Source: Camelus dromedarius (taxonomy: Eukaryota). Taken from it: a DNA stretch of 64,000 nt. This document shows positions 28,918 through 41,845 of the stretch, in pieces. Within the stretch, counting starts at the first letter, position 1. The number at the start of each line of letters is the position of its first letter. The notes beneath the pieces are model-generated. The model was not told the DNA's origin. It saw nothing but the letters and a program-made list of their open reading frames with translations, and did no database searches. The position numbers were made by a program, and so were the translations under genes. The DNA is taken from positions 60,948,001 to 61,012,000 of the forward strand of contig NC_087437.1 in assembly GCF_036321535.1 (NCBI RefSeq), read 5' to 3'.

Positions 28918-29566
28918 CTTTACCAAACTCAGGTTCGGCTGCTCATCGCTCAAGAACCCAATACTAAGAGACAAGTGTTGGGTAAAAGGAAAGATTGCTT
29001 CATTGAGGAAGTCTGCAATCCCAGGGAAAAAGTGGGCTCATGCCCCAAAGAACCAACTCCTGACTCCCCAGATTTTGTTCAGAAATTATATAAGGGAAAA
29101 GAAGAAGGGGATACATGCTGAGGAGAGGGCTGCAGGGTGCATGATCAGTTCATGGACATTCTTCTGATTGGTTGGCGGTGAGGTAACCAGGAGTCAGCAT
29201 CATCAACCTTCTGGTTCCAACTGGTCTGGGGTCTCTGTGCTTGTGGGTACTTCTTCTATCTGAGGGGTGCAGGGGTTTCAGTATCTGCAAAACAGCTCAA
29301 AGGACAGGGCTCAGAATATTATCTATAACCCTGGAAGAGGAACTAAAGGTTCTTGGTTTGTTTGATGGTGAAACTCTATTATTTTGTCTTGCTTGACTTT
29401 TTCTTTGCTTCTGCATTTTCTCACTTCTCTGATTAAATTTATTATTTGGAACTCAGGGAAGGCCTAGGAGGCTAAAGTTCTTCTACAAAGAAGAGGCAGG
29501 TGGAGGACATGGTGGTGGGGAAGGGGTCTGTCCCAGAAAGGTCCCACAGGGTCCTGCTCAGTTACA
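28918..29566 (-). mobile_element. ERV1-type solo LTR inserted in an MLT1 remnant
   Basis: Ends gtcctgctcagttaca; 4-bp TSD ATTC; clearly similar to the LTR at 42751. Confidence 0.7.
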
Positions 29567-30609
29567 ATTCCAGGAAGCACCTGTAATGCAGAAGTAGGAA
29601 AGTGAGGATGAGAAGGGAAGGAAGCTGACACAAAGAACAGGTTCCCTCTGTGGGTAAGAGAGGCTCAGTCCCTCTAAAGGCCTTTTGATAATGAGCCCCA
29701 TTTAAAAATATAGAAATGGAGGCTGAGAGATATTAAGAAACCTGCACAGCTCACAGATCTAAGGAGTAGTAGAACAAGAATTTGTACCAATCTGGTCAGA
29801 GCCCAGGAGCGTTTGGCCTGAAGGACACCAGACCAGGTTTTAGAAGCCGGAATCTAGAAATGAGGGAGAAGGAAACCAACACAAGCAGGTCTCCAGCAAG
29901 TGGAGTGACTGTCTGGAATTGGCACTATCTGGATCTTTGCTTTGATATGATGACTGGGCCAGGTGAAAAGTTGAGTCTGGTAATGGAACTGATAAAATGT
30001 ATGGAATTCTCTTTCTAGAATATGAGCTCAGACATTCTCGATGAATCCCTTTGTAGTCTTTATGAATTCGCTAGTTAAAGAACCCCTGCCTCTGATGTAC
30101 TGGTGTAGATAAATATCTGGACTGAATGCGCTTTCCTGAAGATTGCACTGTGAGCAAAGTATACAGTGGGAAAAACTGGGTAGGCCATCCCCCTGGCAGG
30201 GTATCATTTTAACAAGTCCTATTTCCATCCACATGTGACACGTTGCATGAACTCTTAGGGAAGGGTGGCCATTAGTAAACTTACATTAGTAAGTAACTTA
30301 ATCTCTGGCAAAAAGTTGTGGATCTTTTCTCTGGGTCAGAGGCCTCTGAAAATAGTATCACTCTCTTAGTGTCTGTACTTTGAGTTCAGCACTCAAAAAT
30401 AGTACTCAAAATATTCAATTGTTAGGAGTTGATTCAGCTCTAGGATAAACAGCAAGCACCTGCTGCTGTTCTAGATGCTTGTTTTAGCAGCGCAAAGTAC
30501 TATTTACTTCTTGGCACTGCTGTATATCTCTGAGTATAGCATTCTTTCAAAGATCTGTATCCTGCAACAGAAAGCAGGCAGGAATTTAGGCTGCAGCTTT
30601 GCTATAAAA

Positions 30610-31710
30610 AAGGTTTGTGGAAGAAAATATTTGAAAAAGATACAACTGATAAAGTACTGTTATCCCAAATATACAAAGAACTCCTAAAACTCAATAATAA
30701 GAAAACAGGCAACTCGATTTTTAAAAGGGCAAAGCAGCTGAACAGACACTTCACCAAAGATATACAGATAGCAAATAAGCATATGAAAGGATATTCAATA
30801 TCATTTGTCATTAGGAAATTGCAAATTAAAATAATGAGATATCACTACACACCTATTAGAATAGCCAAAATCCAAAACAATGTCAACACCAAGTGCTGGC
30901 AAGGGTGCAGAACCAGAAGAAGTCTCATTCATTGCCGGTAGAAATACAAAATAGTACAGCCACTTTGGAAAACAGTTTGGTAGTTTCTTAAGAAACTAAG
31001 CATACTCTTACCATGCAATCCAGCAATCAAGCTCCTTAGTATTTACCCAAATAAATTGAAAACTTATGCCACACAAAAATCTGCATACGGATGTTTATAG
31101 CAGCTTTATTCATAACTGCCAAAACCTAGAAACATACAAGATTCCTTCAGTAGGTGAATGGATAAAGAAACTGTGATACATTCAGTATTATTCAGTGCTA
31201 AAAAGTGATGAGCTATCAAGCCATGAAGAGACATGGAGGAAACTTAAATGCATATTGCTAAGTGAAAGACGCCAATCTGAAAAAGCTATACGCTGTATGA
31301 TTCCATCCATATGACATTCTGGGAAAGGCAAAACTATGGGGACAGTAAAAAGATCAGTGGTGGCCAGGGATTAGTGGGAAGGGAGGGATGAATAGGCAGA
31401 GCACACAGTGAAAGTATTCTGTATGATATTACAATGGTGGGTACATGTTATTCTGCATTTGTCAAACCCGTAGACTGGACAACACCTAGAGTGAACCCTA
31501 ATGTAAACTATAGACTTGGAGTAATAAGAGTGTGTCAGTGTAAGTTCATCACTTGTAGCAGATGTTCCACTGTGGTGCAGGATGTCTGTGGTGGGGAAGG
31601 CTGAGTCTGTGTGAAGGCAGGGATATATAAAATCTCCCTGTACCTTCTGCTCTTTTGGCTGTGAACCTAAAACTGCTCTAAAAAATATAGTTCATTAGTT
31701 TAAAAAAAAA
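30610..31710 (+). mobile_element. L1MC-like 3' fragment
   Basis: ORF2 C-terminal remnant (..IYKELLKLNNKK..MRYHYTPIRIAKI..KCWQG) and L1MC-type 3'UTR with A-tail. Confidence 0.85.
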
Positions 31711-32521
31711 AGTTTGGAAAGCAATATGACAAGGGACAAGGAGAATCTGGAAGGTGAGCCTGGCAGAAGAGATCAGGAAATTCAAAAGACTGGGCAGACA
31801 ACAGGCCACATACCAGAGAGGCAATCAAGGATAGAATGATCAGCAGGTACTGTTTAAGTCTGTCCAGACAAGAGGTGGTCAGTGAGAGTAGGGAGAAGGG
31901 AATAAGTTTTGGATCTGGATGGGCAGGCAGCATCCTGGAGAAAGCAGCACTGCTAGGTGGAATTGGCAGGCTCTGATCCCTGGGCAGAACCATTTGCTCT
32001 TTGCCCAGTTCTAAACGTTCTTCTAGGGGGCTGGGGGCTGGTCCTCTGATGGCTTATTCTGAGTGACCTGAAGACAGAGATACTAGGTTACATCAGAGTT
32101 CCCACTGTTGTTTTCTTCCTTCTTTGTTTTATTTCCTCGTCAAGATTCTGGCCACAATTCTACTCATAAGAAAACTAATGTTAGCTCCAGAGAAATGGAA
32201 GGCTTCAGAAGAAACCTCAGGAAAGAAGAACCTGATATATAAAGTCTCCTTCGCTGAACCGTTAACTCCTTAAGGACAGAGCCCCAACTATAAAAGGTTT
32301 AATCAATAAGGCAAAGTTGTTATTCTTCATAATAAGCACACTAGCAATGAAACAGTTCCAGGGGAGGTTAATTCAGTGACAGCGTCTTTCTTCTTTTTTT
32401 CCCCTTTACCCTTTTTCCAGCCTCTTCTTATTTCCCTCCAGCCCCTGGCAATCACCTTCCTATTCTCTGTTTCTGAGTTTAACTTCTTTATTTAGATTCC
32501 TCATATAAGTGATACCATGCA

Positions 32522-32935
32522 GTTTTGGGACAAGGAATAACAACTTTATTTGGAAAGCTGGCAGACCAAGAAGAGGGCAGACTGATGTCCTGGAGAACCA
32601 TCTTCCACAAGTCAGAGTTTAGACTCTTTTTATACTAAGAAGTGGTTGGTTGTTGCAGACTTTTTGGTGTCAGAATCCTTTGTTCTTGCAGCTATCCATG
32701 TAGGTGAGGTCATGGTGTCCCTGTAAACCTTCAACAAGACCAGTGTTATTTTTTATTCTGCAACTTTTTGTCTTTGTATGACTTGAGAATAGGCTATCCT
32801 GTGTAGTTTAGGCTATAGGCAACAATCTTTTATAAATGGTGCAGAACCAGCATGACTAAGCACAGGAAACAGAGTACAGGGTTAGAGCCAAAGGAGCACA
32901 TCTAATTGGAGTCAGACTTGTTCTTCCCTCCTACA
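32522..32935. mobile_element. ERV-type LTR fragment inside an antisense L1 remnant
   Basis: LTR-like composition, ends cttgttcttccctcctaca; L1 sequence on both sides. Confidence 0.5.
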
Positions 32936-35042
32936 GTGCTGTGGTGAACATGGGAGTACAGGTCTCTCTTCAATACCCTGTTTTCATTTCATTTAGATAT
33001 GGATACTGAGAAGAGGGATTGCTGGGTCATATAGTAGCGGTTCTATTTTTAATATTTAAGGAACTGCCATACTGTTTTCCACTGTGATAGGTTCTTTTCT
33101 TCTTTCTGCTCTGCTGTTCTGGCTTGTTCCCCAAGGCTGGTTCTCGTTATGGTTGTAATAGGGTGGATGCTGCAGTTCTAGGCATCATGTGAAGGAAGAT
33201 CCAACAATATTGAGGGATGAAGGGAGACCTTTTTCTCCCATGTGTTTCTTTTTATCATCAGAAAAACTTTTCTCCCAGTCACAAGAGAAGACGATTCCAC
33301 TTATATGAAGAACTAGAGTAGTCAAATTCATAGAGGCAGAAAGTAGAATGGTGGTTTCAGGGGCTGAAGAGAAGGGAGAATGTAAAGTTGGTGTTTCATG
33401 GATACAGTTTCAGCTGGGGAAGACAAAAAAATTCTGGAGATGGATAGTGGTGATGTTTGGACAACAGTGTAAATGTTCTTAATGTCACAGAACTGTAAAC
33501 TTAGAAATGGTCAAAAATGGTAAAATTGAGATATAATTGACATACAACATTATATTAGTTTTAGGAATACAACATAATGATTTGATATATGAATGTATTA
33601 CTTAATGATCCCTAGAGTAAGTCTAACATCCATCTCCACACATAGTTTTTTTTCTTGTGATGAGAACTTTTAAGGTCAACTCTCTTAGCAATTTACAAAT
33701 GTACAGTACAGTATTATTAACTATAGTCACTATGCTATACATTATATCCCAAAGACATTTATTTTATTATAACTAGAATTTTGTACCTTTTGACTGCCTT
33801 CACCCATTTCACCCACCCTCCACCCAAAATGGTAAATTTTACATTATCTATATTTTATCACACGTTTAAAAACCGTTTTTCTCAGAAGCCCCACAGTAAG
33901 CCTCCTCTCACATTTCATAGGCTAGGATTCTGCCACCTGCCCATTCCTAAGCCAATGATAATAGGAACAATAATGAAATTACTATGATTGGCTTGGTCTA
34001 ATCAAGATTTACCCTCCTTGTGACTGGGGGTGGGGGGTGCCCAAAGTCCCTTGAAGCACACGGCTGCCCAGTACTTGAACAACATTTGGACTTAGATTCT
34101 GTTAATGAGGAAAAACTAGTGGGTGTGGGGAGGTGTCGGGGAGTATGGGTAAGACACAAAGATCCTAACAAGGTTTCCCCACTGAGGCAAGGAAGGACCT
34201 GATTCCTTCAGGACACCCAAATGTTTCTGAAGATTCATGTGAGACTTACTGACTCCAAGCCCCAGGAGTTATTGGGGAGTTATACTTCTCTCAGATCTGT
34301 CCCTTTGCCTTTCCACTCCGAAGACCAACATTGTACTCTAGGCCTTCATCACCTCACGTCTGACTGTGATACCAGTCTCCTGAGGGACATCTCTGCCTCT
34401 GGTTTTATTCCCTTTTGGATCTGTCTTAAACACCACTGCTAGATTAGCTTTACAGAACCACCACCTCACATATGTCCAAACTCCTTACAAGGCTATCTAG
34501 AACAATCCACTCTTTTGTAATCCTTGTTTTCAGTCTCCTACTAGTATGCTTCTTAGGGTAAGGATTTTTGTCTTACTCATCATTTTATTCCCAATACCTG
34601 GAATAGTGCTGACCATTCATTTATAGGTTTTATGCATTCAATTGATAATATGGTGTTCAGTAAATATTGAATAAGTAAATAAATTATTCAATGAATGAGT
34701 AAATCTATGCCAGTTTAAATGTTACTGTTTTTCTTTTTCTCAAATGAATCTTTTTGCTTGAGAGATACTCACTCATCGTTCTCTAACCACGACATGTATC
34801 TTGCCACCCCTGTGGTTTTACTCACACAATTTCCCCAGTTTGTAATACCTTTCTCTCTCTTTTCTGATAAGCAAAAACCTGCATTTTCTTTAAGGCCAAG
34901 ACCAAATCCCACCTTCAATGTGAGTGTTTCTCAATTATGTAAGGCTTCAGTAACCTACTCTCTCATCTTTTATGACTTTTATATTCGTATTCATTTGGCA
35001 CATGACATTTCACATACAGTTTCTTTTAAGTATATGTTATCT

Positions 35043-36445
35043 TTTTTATTGAAGTATAGTTGATTTACAATGTTGTGTTAGTTTCAGGTGTACCACGTAG
35101 TGATTCAGTTATGTGTGTGTGTGTATTCTTTTCCATATTCTTTTCTATTATAGGTTATTAGAAGACACTGAATACAGTTCCCTGTGCTATACAGTAGGAC
35201 CTTGTTATTTGCCTATTTTATATAAAGTAGTTTGTATCTGCTAATCCCAAACTCCTAACTTATCCCTCCTCCCACTTCTCCTTTGGTAACCATAAGTTTC
35301 TTTTCTATGTCTGCGAGTCTATTTCTGTTTTGTAAATAGTTCATTTGTATCACTTTATAGATTCTGCATATAAGTAATATATGATATTTGTCTTTTTCTG
35401 TCTGACTTACTTAGTATGATAATCCCTAGGTCCATCCATGTTGCTGCAAATGGCGTTATTTCATTCTTTTTTATGGCTGAGTGGTATTCCATTATGTATG
35501 TGTACCACAGCTTCTTTGTCCAGTCATCTGTCAGTGGACATTTAGGTTGCTTCCATGTTTTGGCTGTTGTAGATAGTGCTGCTGTGAACACTGGGGTGCA
35601 CGTATCTTTTCAAATTAGATACATGCCCAGGAGTGGGGTGGCTGGATCAAATAGTAACTCTATTTTTAGTTTTTTAAGGAATCTCCATACTGTTTTCCAT
35701 AATGGCTGCAACAATTTACATTCCCATCAAGAGTGTAGGAGGATTTCCTTTTCTCCACAGCCTCTCCAGCAGTTATCATTTGTGGACATTTTAATGATGG
35801 CCATTCTGACTGATGTGAGGTGATACCTCACTGTAGTTTTGATTGGCATTTCTCTAATAATTAGCAATGTTGAGCATCTTTTCATGTGCCTGTTGGCCAT
35901 TTGTATGTCTTCTTTGGAGAAATGTCTAGGTCTTGTGCCCACTTTTTCATTGAGTTGTTTGTCTTTTTTGTTATTAAGTTTTATGAACTGTATGCATATT
36001 TTGGAAATTAAGGTCTTGTCAGTCACATCATTTGCAATTATTTTCTCCCATTCCATAGGCTGTCCTTTTGTTTTGTTTATGGTTTCCTTTGCTGTGCAAA
36101 AGCTTATAAGCTTGATTAGGTCCCATTTGTTTATTTTTGCTTTTATTTATATTGCCTTGAGAGACTGACCTAATAAAACATTGCTACGATTTATGTCAGA
36201 GAATGTTTTGCCTATGTTCTCTTCTAGGAATTTTATGGTGTCTTGTCTTATATTTAAGTCTTTAAGCCATTTTGAGTTTATTTTTGTATATGGTGTCAGG
36301 GAGTGATCTAACTTCATTGATTTACATGCAGCTGTCCAGATTTCCCAACACCACTTGCTAAAGAGACTGTCTTTTTGCCATTGTATATTCTTGCCTCCTT
36401 TGTCAAAGATTAATTGACTGTAGGTGAATGGGTTTATTTCTGGGC
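35043..36445 (-). mobile_element. 5'-truncated L1 (artiodactyl type) upstream of SMCO1
   Basis: ORF2 C-terminus ([28 protein letters not shown]), 3'UTR, T-tract; degenerate TSD ttaagtatat(g/t)tta. Confidence 0.92.
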
Positions 36446-37057
36446 TTAAGTATATTTTAATCTTTTAAGTCCCTCCCCAGTTAGTATTTAAACCCCTTAA
36501 ATTCAGGAATCCTATTTTATGCCTGTTTTTATTTTCAATACCTAATCTAATACTACAAGCTCATAATAAATATTTATTAGTTTCTAAGGATGATTAGATG
36601 TTCTGCACTGATACAAGATATCACAAAATCTCTGGGGCTTCTGTAAACCTAATTTAGATTATAAGTAAATAATTTTATTCTTTAAATTTGAGAGTAGTAT
36701 TTCCATCAAATTTAATCCTGGTATACGTATACATTTGTGTGCTCTCATATCCACTTACCAGAAAATACATCTGGTTGTTGTGCTATGTTAATACACTATG
36801 GGTCACTTTTCAAAGGCAGATACTACAGTGCATCCCAGGACACCTGTGTTCACACGATCAGTTCTTTGAAACTATATTTGGATGTACAAGCTATTAAAAG
36901 CTTCTTGTACCAAGTGACCTTTCAGGCAGAATTTAGATCAATTACTCACACTGCTGCTGCCTGTTGCTGAGTGGAAGACAGCAGAAAACCCTGGATTCAA
37001 ACCTTTACTGGGTTTTTGTTTTGCTTGCTTTATTTCCTTTCATTTTGCCTTAAGAAG

Positions 37058-37107
37058 ATGAACAATGAAACCACAACCCTGATATCCTTGAAGGAGGCAA
37101 TGAAAAG
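37058..37107 (+). CDS. SMCO1: Single-pass membrane protein with coiled-coil domains 1, coding exon 1
   Basis: MNNETTTLISLKEAMK(R); aagATGa start; donor AG|GTTGCT (weak), phase 2. Confidence 0.9.
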
Positions 37108-39763
37108 GTTGCTAAGGGCTACAGGGAGGGAGCAAGGATGGGTTTGCTTTTCTGGGAAGATGGGTAACAGAAGAATGAAGAATAAAAATAGGCAAAGAAC
37201 TACAAACATGCTAATTAGAATTCTTTCTTTCTCTGTTAAAGTGTCTAAAAGTCTTCCAGGTTCAAAAAATATGTAAACTAATAATAAAGAAAAATCTGTT
37301 CCTAGGTGCTCTAATTCCATTCAATTAATGGATGTGCTACATGCTAGGTTTACAAAAATAAGTAAAATGTGTTTTCTGCCCTCAAGGAGCTTATGGCCTT
37401 AGGGGTAACAGAAGTATTGAAAAATACTTACAACTTAATGTGACTGACCTTATAATGGTGAGGTTCCTGCAGGGCTATGAGAACATAAAGAGAAGAATTA
37501 ATTTTGCCTTTTATACTAGGAAAAGGAGCCCTTCAGAGGGACATTTAAGTTGGATCTGAAAGGGTGAGTAGAAGTTTATAAGAAATAGAAATATGGGAAG
37601 GAATTCTATGCTGAGGAAACAGCCTGTGTAAGCCATAGAAGCCTGGAATCTCAAACCATATTCAGTCAACAGCTAGATGTCTCACCTGATTGATGACTAG
37701 GATGCGTGAGAGGACTGGCAGAAGACAGGGGCAAAGGGTAAAGAGCTTTGTTTCCTGCTGAGGAAATCCAACTTGGCTCCAAAAATATCACTAGGCAAGT
37801 CAAGGAGACATAAAAGATATATAACAGTCAAGTTGTATAATCAGAATTGTATTTTAGAAGAATATCTCTGGAGGATGGATGGATTGGAGGTGAAAAGCAG
37901 GAATCCGGTTAGGCTACTGTAATCCTAGGTCCCGGAGAAAGATAATGATTAACTGGCTTAGTGGAGATGGGGAGGTGGGGACAGATTAGAGACATGCTGA
38001 TGAAGAACAGGGGAAAAAATGATGAGTTATTCTGAGATTTCTAATTCAAGCAATTGGATAGATGGTGATGTCATTAACTGAGCTGGAGAACTGTAGTAGA
38101 AACACAGATTTGCAGACATGTTTAGGATTTATTTGAAATAATCTGGGAATGCCTTTTGGTGAGAGGATTCCAAAGAACTGCTCCAATTGTAAACCTTTAT
38201 AGTGATCGGCAAGCTAGAGTTTATCTCTAGAGTTTAAGCTGGAGGTGACCAATAAGCAATATGTTCTTAAAGGTCCAAAAGTTAATACAAAGAGTTTGCC
38301 AGACAATGTGATTTTGAATTATAGACAGAGATTGCTGGCATATTAGGTCATGTAGGCCTACACTCCTACAAAAATGCACATTTCATACACAGCCTTATCT
38401 ATATGTAAACAAAATCCAAAGCAGTGAGAAAATTCCACTGCCAAAATTTCTGAAAATGGGGTGGGGTGGTTGGAACTTAGTAGAGTCAGCGTAATACAGT
38501 TGAGTCTGACACCTCCATCTAGGTGGAGATGTGCAAAACATAGTTGAAAATTTAGGTCTAGGATAGGGGTGGTATCTGAAGCTGTTAGCCTTGAAAGAAA
38601 GTGAAGATCAAGAAGAGAACATGGTCAAGGATAGAACCCTAGGCAACCACAACAGTATTCAGGTCACTAGGGACATAGAAACTCAGGGAAGTGGCACATG
38701 CGTGTACCGCTTCCTTCATGAAAGACAATGTGGGTGGCTTCGGGCAAGTGAGTTGTGCTGTTCCAGTTCTTTGTGGTTCAGTTAAACATAATTCTGGTGC
38801 CACAGTGCCCTCTGATGATCAGGGCTGTTCAGAGCTACTCAGATCCCCTGTTGGGTTATACTGCTTGGCATTTCATTAATATCACGGATGTCAATGATAC
38901 AAGCCATGTTTTATTATTTCTGTGTAAGACTTCTGCTAGGTATTGGGGGACAGGCATAAAGATGTCCAAGAAATAGTCTCTGATACCCTCCCTCTAAGAG
39001 CTTACAGTTTAGTTCATGAAAAGTTAACTCTAAAAATAAAGCAAAGGATGGGGCATGACAAGTGGTAGAGGCAGTCCCTGTGAGAGAGCAGTAGTCAGGA
39101 AGCAGGTAGAAAGTCTGAGGAATTCAGACAGGCAGTGGAATTTGAGCTTATCCTTGATGGATAGGATTTGGACAGTCAGAATAAGGTAGAGAAAGCCACC
39201 TTAATAAATACTGGTCTCAGCACTAGTTAGCCATGACATTAGGTCTCAATCTTCTTGAGACTCAATTTCTTTATCTGCAAAATAGTACAAATGACTGCTT
39301 CACTTCTTATGCTTGTTGTGAGAATCAGATTAATGCTTGTGTAAAATACTTGTTCAAGTATAAAGTACAACACAAAGACAAGACACAGCAGATAACTGAG
39401 GTAATTAGTTCGCGTTTGGCAACATAAGGAGTGCAAGAACTAGGATGATGACTAGAGACAATGGCAACTGGGAACATCTGTTCATAATCTTAAATTTTAA
39501 ACAAATATGCAAACTCAATAATGATTGTAACCAACCTTTGACTTGGTTATATCTTTTGGGTTCAACACCCACCAAGAGACAAACCCAGTTTTTGTGTAAC
39601 AGAACTAGCTGTTGCAGTTTAGAAAACACTTACTTCAGAAATAGGGCCTGCCAATGTTCACATACCATTACTTACAATAGTCAAGATGTGTAGCCTTATC
39701 TTAAGGCAAAACTTTGGTTTTGTGCCTTGATCTAAGTTAACCCTTTATTCTTTTATCTGATAG

Positions 39764-39913
39764 AGTAGACCACAAACTCCAAGCTTTAGAAGCACAATTT
39801 AAAGAACTGGACTTCACCACGGATAATCTGACACAGAAATTTGAATATCATAGCAAGACTTTGGCAAACCAAGCAGCCCAAGATGAGCTGTGGACAGCAG
39901 TTCTGTCACTCAA
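39764..39913 (+). CDS. SMCO1: SMCO1 coding exon 2 (150 nt, coiled-coil)
   Basis: (R)VDHKLQALEAQFKELDFTTDNLTQKFEYHSKTLANQAAQDELWTAVLSL(K); acceptor tctgatag, donor AA|GTGAGT; phase 2-2. Confidence 0.92.
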
Positions 39914-40229
39914 GTGAGTATCCAGTCAGAAATCAGTAGAATTTTGTGGTTTTGTGAGAGCTTGCAGTGGTCATTCTAAAATTGGATTTCTTAATATGGT
40001 TCCCACAATGGATTGTAAAGAAATGACATTTTCTTAAGGTCATTCATTTTAAAAAGATTAATTTGAGCACCTGTTTGCTTGCCAGTATTGTGGTACACAT
40101 CTCATCACAGAGTCCCTTGCTTGCCAAAGTCCTACTAACACAGAGATGGATACTAAAACTCCTCTGCTGTGGAGAAACTGATGAGTGGCCTGAGATCTAA
40201 GCTATCCATTTAGTGCAGGCCCTATTTCT

Positions 40230-40657
40230 TTTTTTTTCCTTTTAAATTCTTTTAATAGTGTGTTTCTCTTAATCCCAAACTCTTAATTTATCCCTCCCCT
40301 CTCTTCCCTTTGGTAACCATAAGTTTGTTTTCTGTGTCCGTGAGTCTGTTTCTGTTTTGTAAATAAGTTTATTTGTATCATTTTTTTAAGATTCTACATA
40401 TAAGTGATATCATATGACATTTGTGTTTCTATAACTTACTTCATTTAATGTAACCATCTCTAAGTCCATCCATGTTGCTGCAAATGGCATTATTTCATTC
40501 TTTTTATGGCTGAGTAATATTCCATTGTGCAGGGTGTGTGTGGGTGTGTATCACATCTTTTTTTTATATCACATTTTTTTTAGCTATTCATCTGTCAGTG
40601 GACATTTAGGATGCTTCCATGTCTTGACTATTGTACATAGTGTTACTATGAACATTG
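40230..40657 (-). mobile_element. 5'-truncated L1 in SMCO1 intron 2
   Basis: Antisense L1 3' end with T-tract; TSD gcaggccctatttct (40215-40229) / gcaagccctgtttct (40658-40672). Confidence 0.85.
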
Positions 40658-40703
40658 GCAAGCCCTGTTTCTAAAGCATTTTCTAAACTGCAACAGCTAG
40701 TTC

Positions 40704-41308
40704 TGTTACCCAAAACTGGGTTCACCTCTTGGTGGATGTTGAGCCCAAAAGATACAACCAAGCCAAAGATTGAGAGAAGGAAGGATTTATTACTCGCAGC
40801 AAGTAAGGAGACACCAGGGATCTTTCCCAAAGCAGTGTTTCTACAAACAGTAAAATTGGGGAAGTTTTAAGCTAAGGGTACATGCATATTCATGAAGGGG
40901 CTGGAGTAGAGGAGAATTCAGCAGAGAATTGGGGCAAAACCTGACAGAGTTGACCAAGCATTTGTTGATTGAAGTACTGAGGGTCAGAAAAGGTCAACAT
41001 ACCATTTCAGCCTCCACCTGGCTGAGGGCCTTAGTTCCTGCAGAACTCAAAGATAAGTATCAGATTGCTATATATATCCCTTGAGGAGGAAGTAGGACTC
41101 TAGGAACTAGGAACTATTGTTTCTTGACAGCTTTTCCTTTGTTCCTGCATTCCCTCCCTTTCTATTGATTATTGAGACCTGTTCAAGGGCAAACACTGTG
41201 ACCAGGCTTAGAAGACAGAGTGGCTTAGGCCAAAAATGGCTTATCTTCTGTCAAGAGAGCCTTACTTGATTCTCTTTCTCTAGGGACCACCTACTCTATC
41301 TGCTTATA
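40704..41308 (-). mobile_element. ERV1-type solo LTR in SMCO1 intron 2
   Basis: Starts tgttacc, ends ctatctgcttata; shares motifs with the other LTRs here (cccttgaggagga..aggact; ttcctttgtt.c.gcattccctc). Confidence 0.65.
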
Positions 41309-41400
41309 TTTCTCCTAGTAGTTTCATAGTTCTTTGAATTATCCTAATAAAATTCACTTTATGTTTGTACTGCTTAAGAATCTCTCCCTATTTTTTGTAG

Positions 41401-41845
41401 GTTCACTTCAATGGAATTGAATATTTTATACAGCTATGTTATTGAAGTACTCATTTGCTTGCATACTCGTGTGCTTGAGAAGCTGCCAGACCTGGTGAGA
41501 GGACTTCCCACCTTAGCCTCCATTCTTAGACGAAAAGTCAAGAACAAGCACATTAGAGATGTGTGGGAGTCTGTCCTGGAGGAGTATGGGCTGCAAGAAG
41601 GAGATATCACAGCACTTTGTACATTCTTTGTAGCACATGGTAACAAGGCAGAACACTACATTGATAAAGTAAGGCGGATGTACATAAGGGATGTCAATTT
41701 CATGATCACTAACATGGTAAAGAACCAGGCTCTGCAGGATGGTTTGCTGAAGGCTGTCCAGGTCGTTGAGAAGGGGAAAGCAGTGAGGGTGTCTGAAGAG
41801 CAAAAGTCACCCCTAGAAGAGTTGATACCATCAATCAAAAGCTAA
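41401..41845 (+). CDS. SMCO1: SMCO1 coding exon 3 (spliced protein 214 aa)
   Basis: FTSMELNILYSYVIEVLICLHTRVLEKLPDLVRGLPTLAS...LEELIPSIKS*; acceptor ttttttgtag at 41400; 50+150+445=645 nt. Confidence 0.94.
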
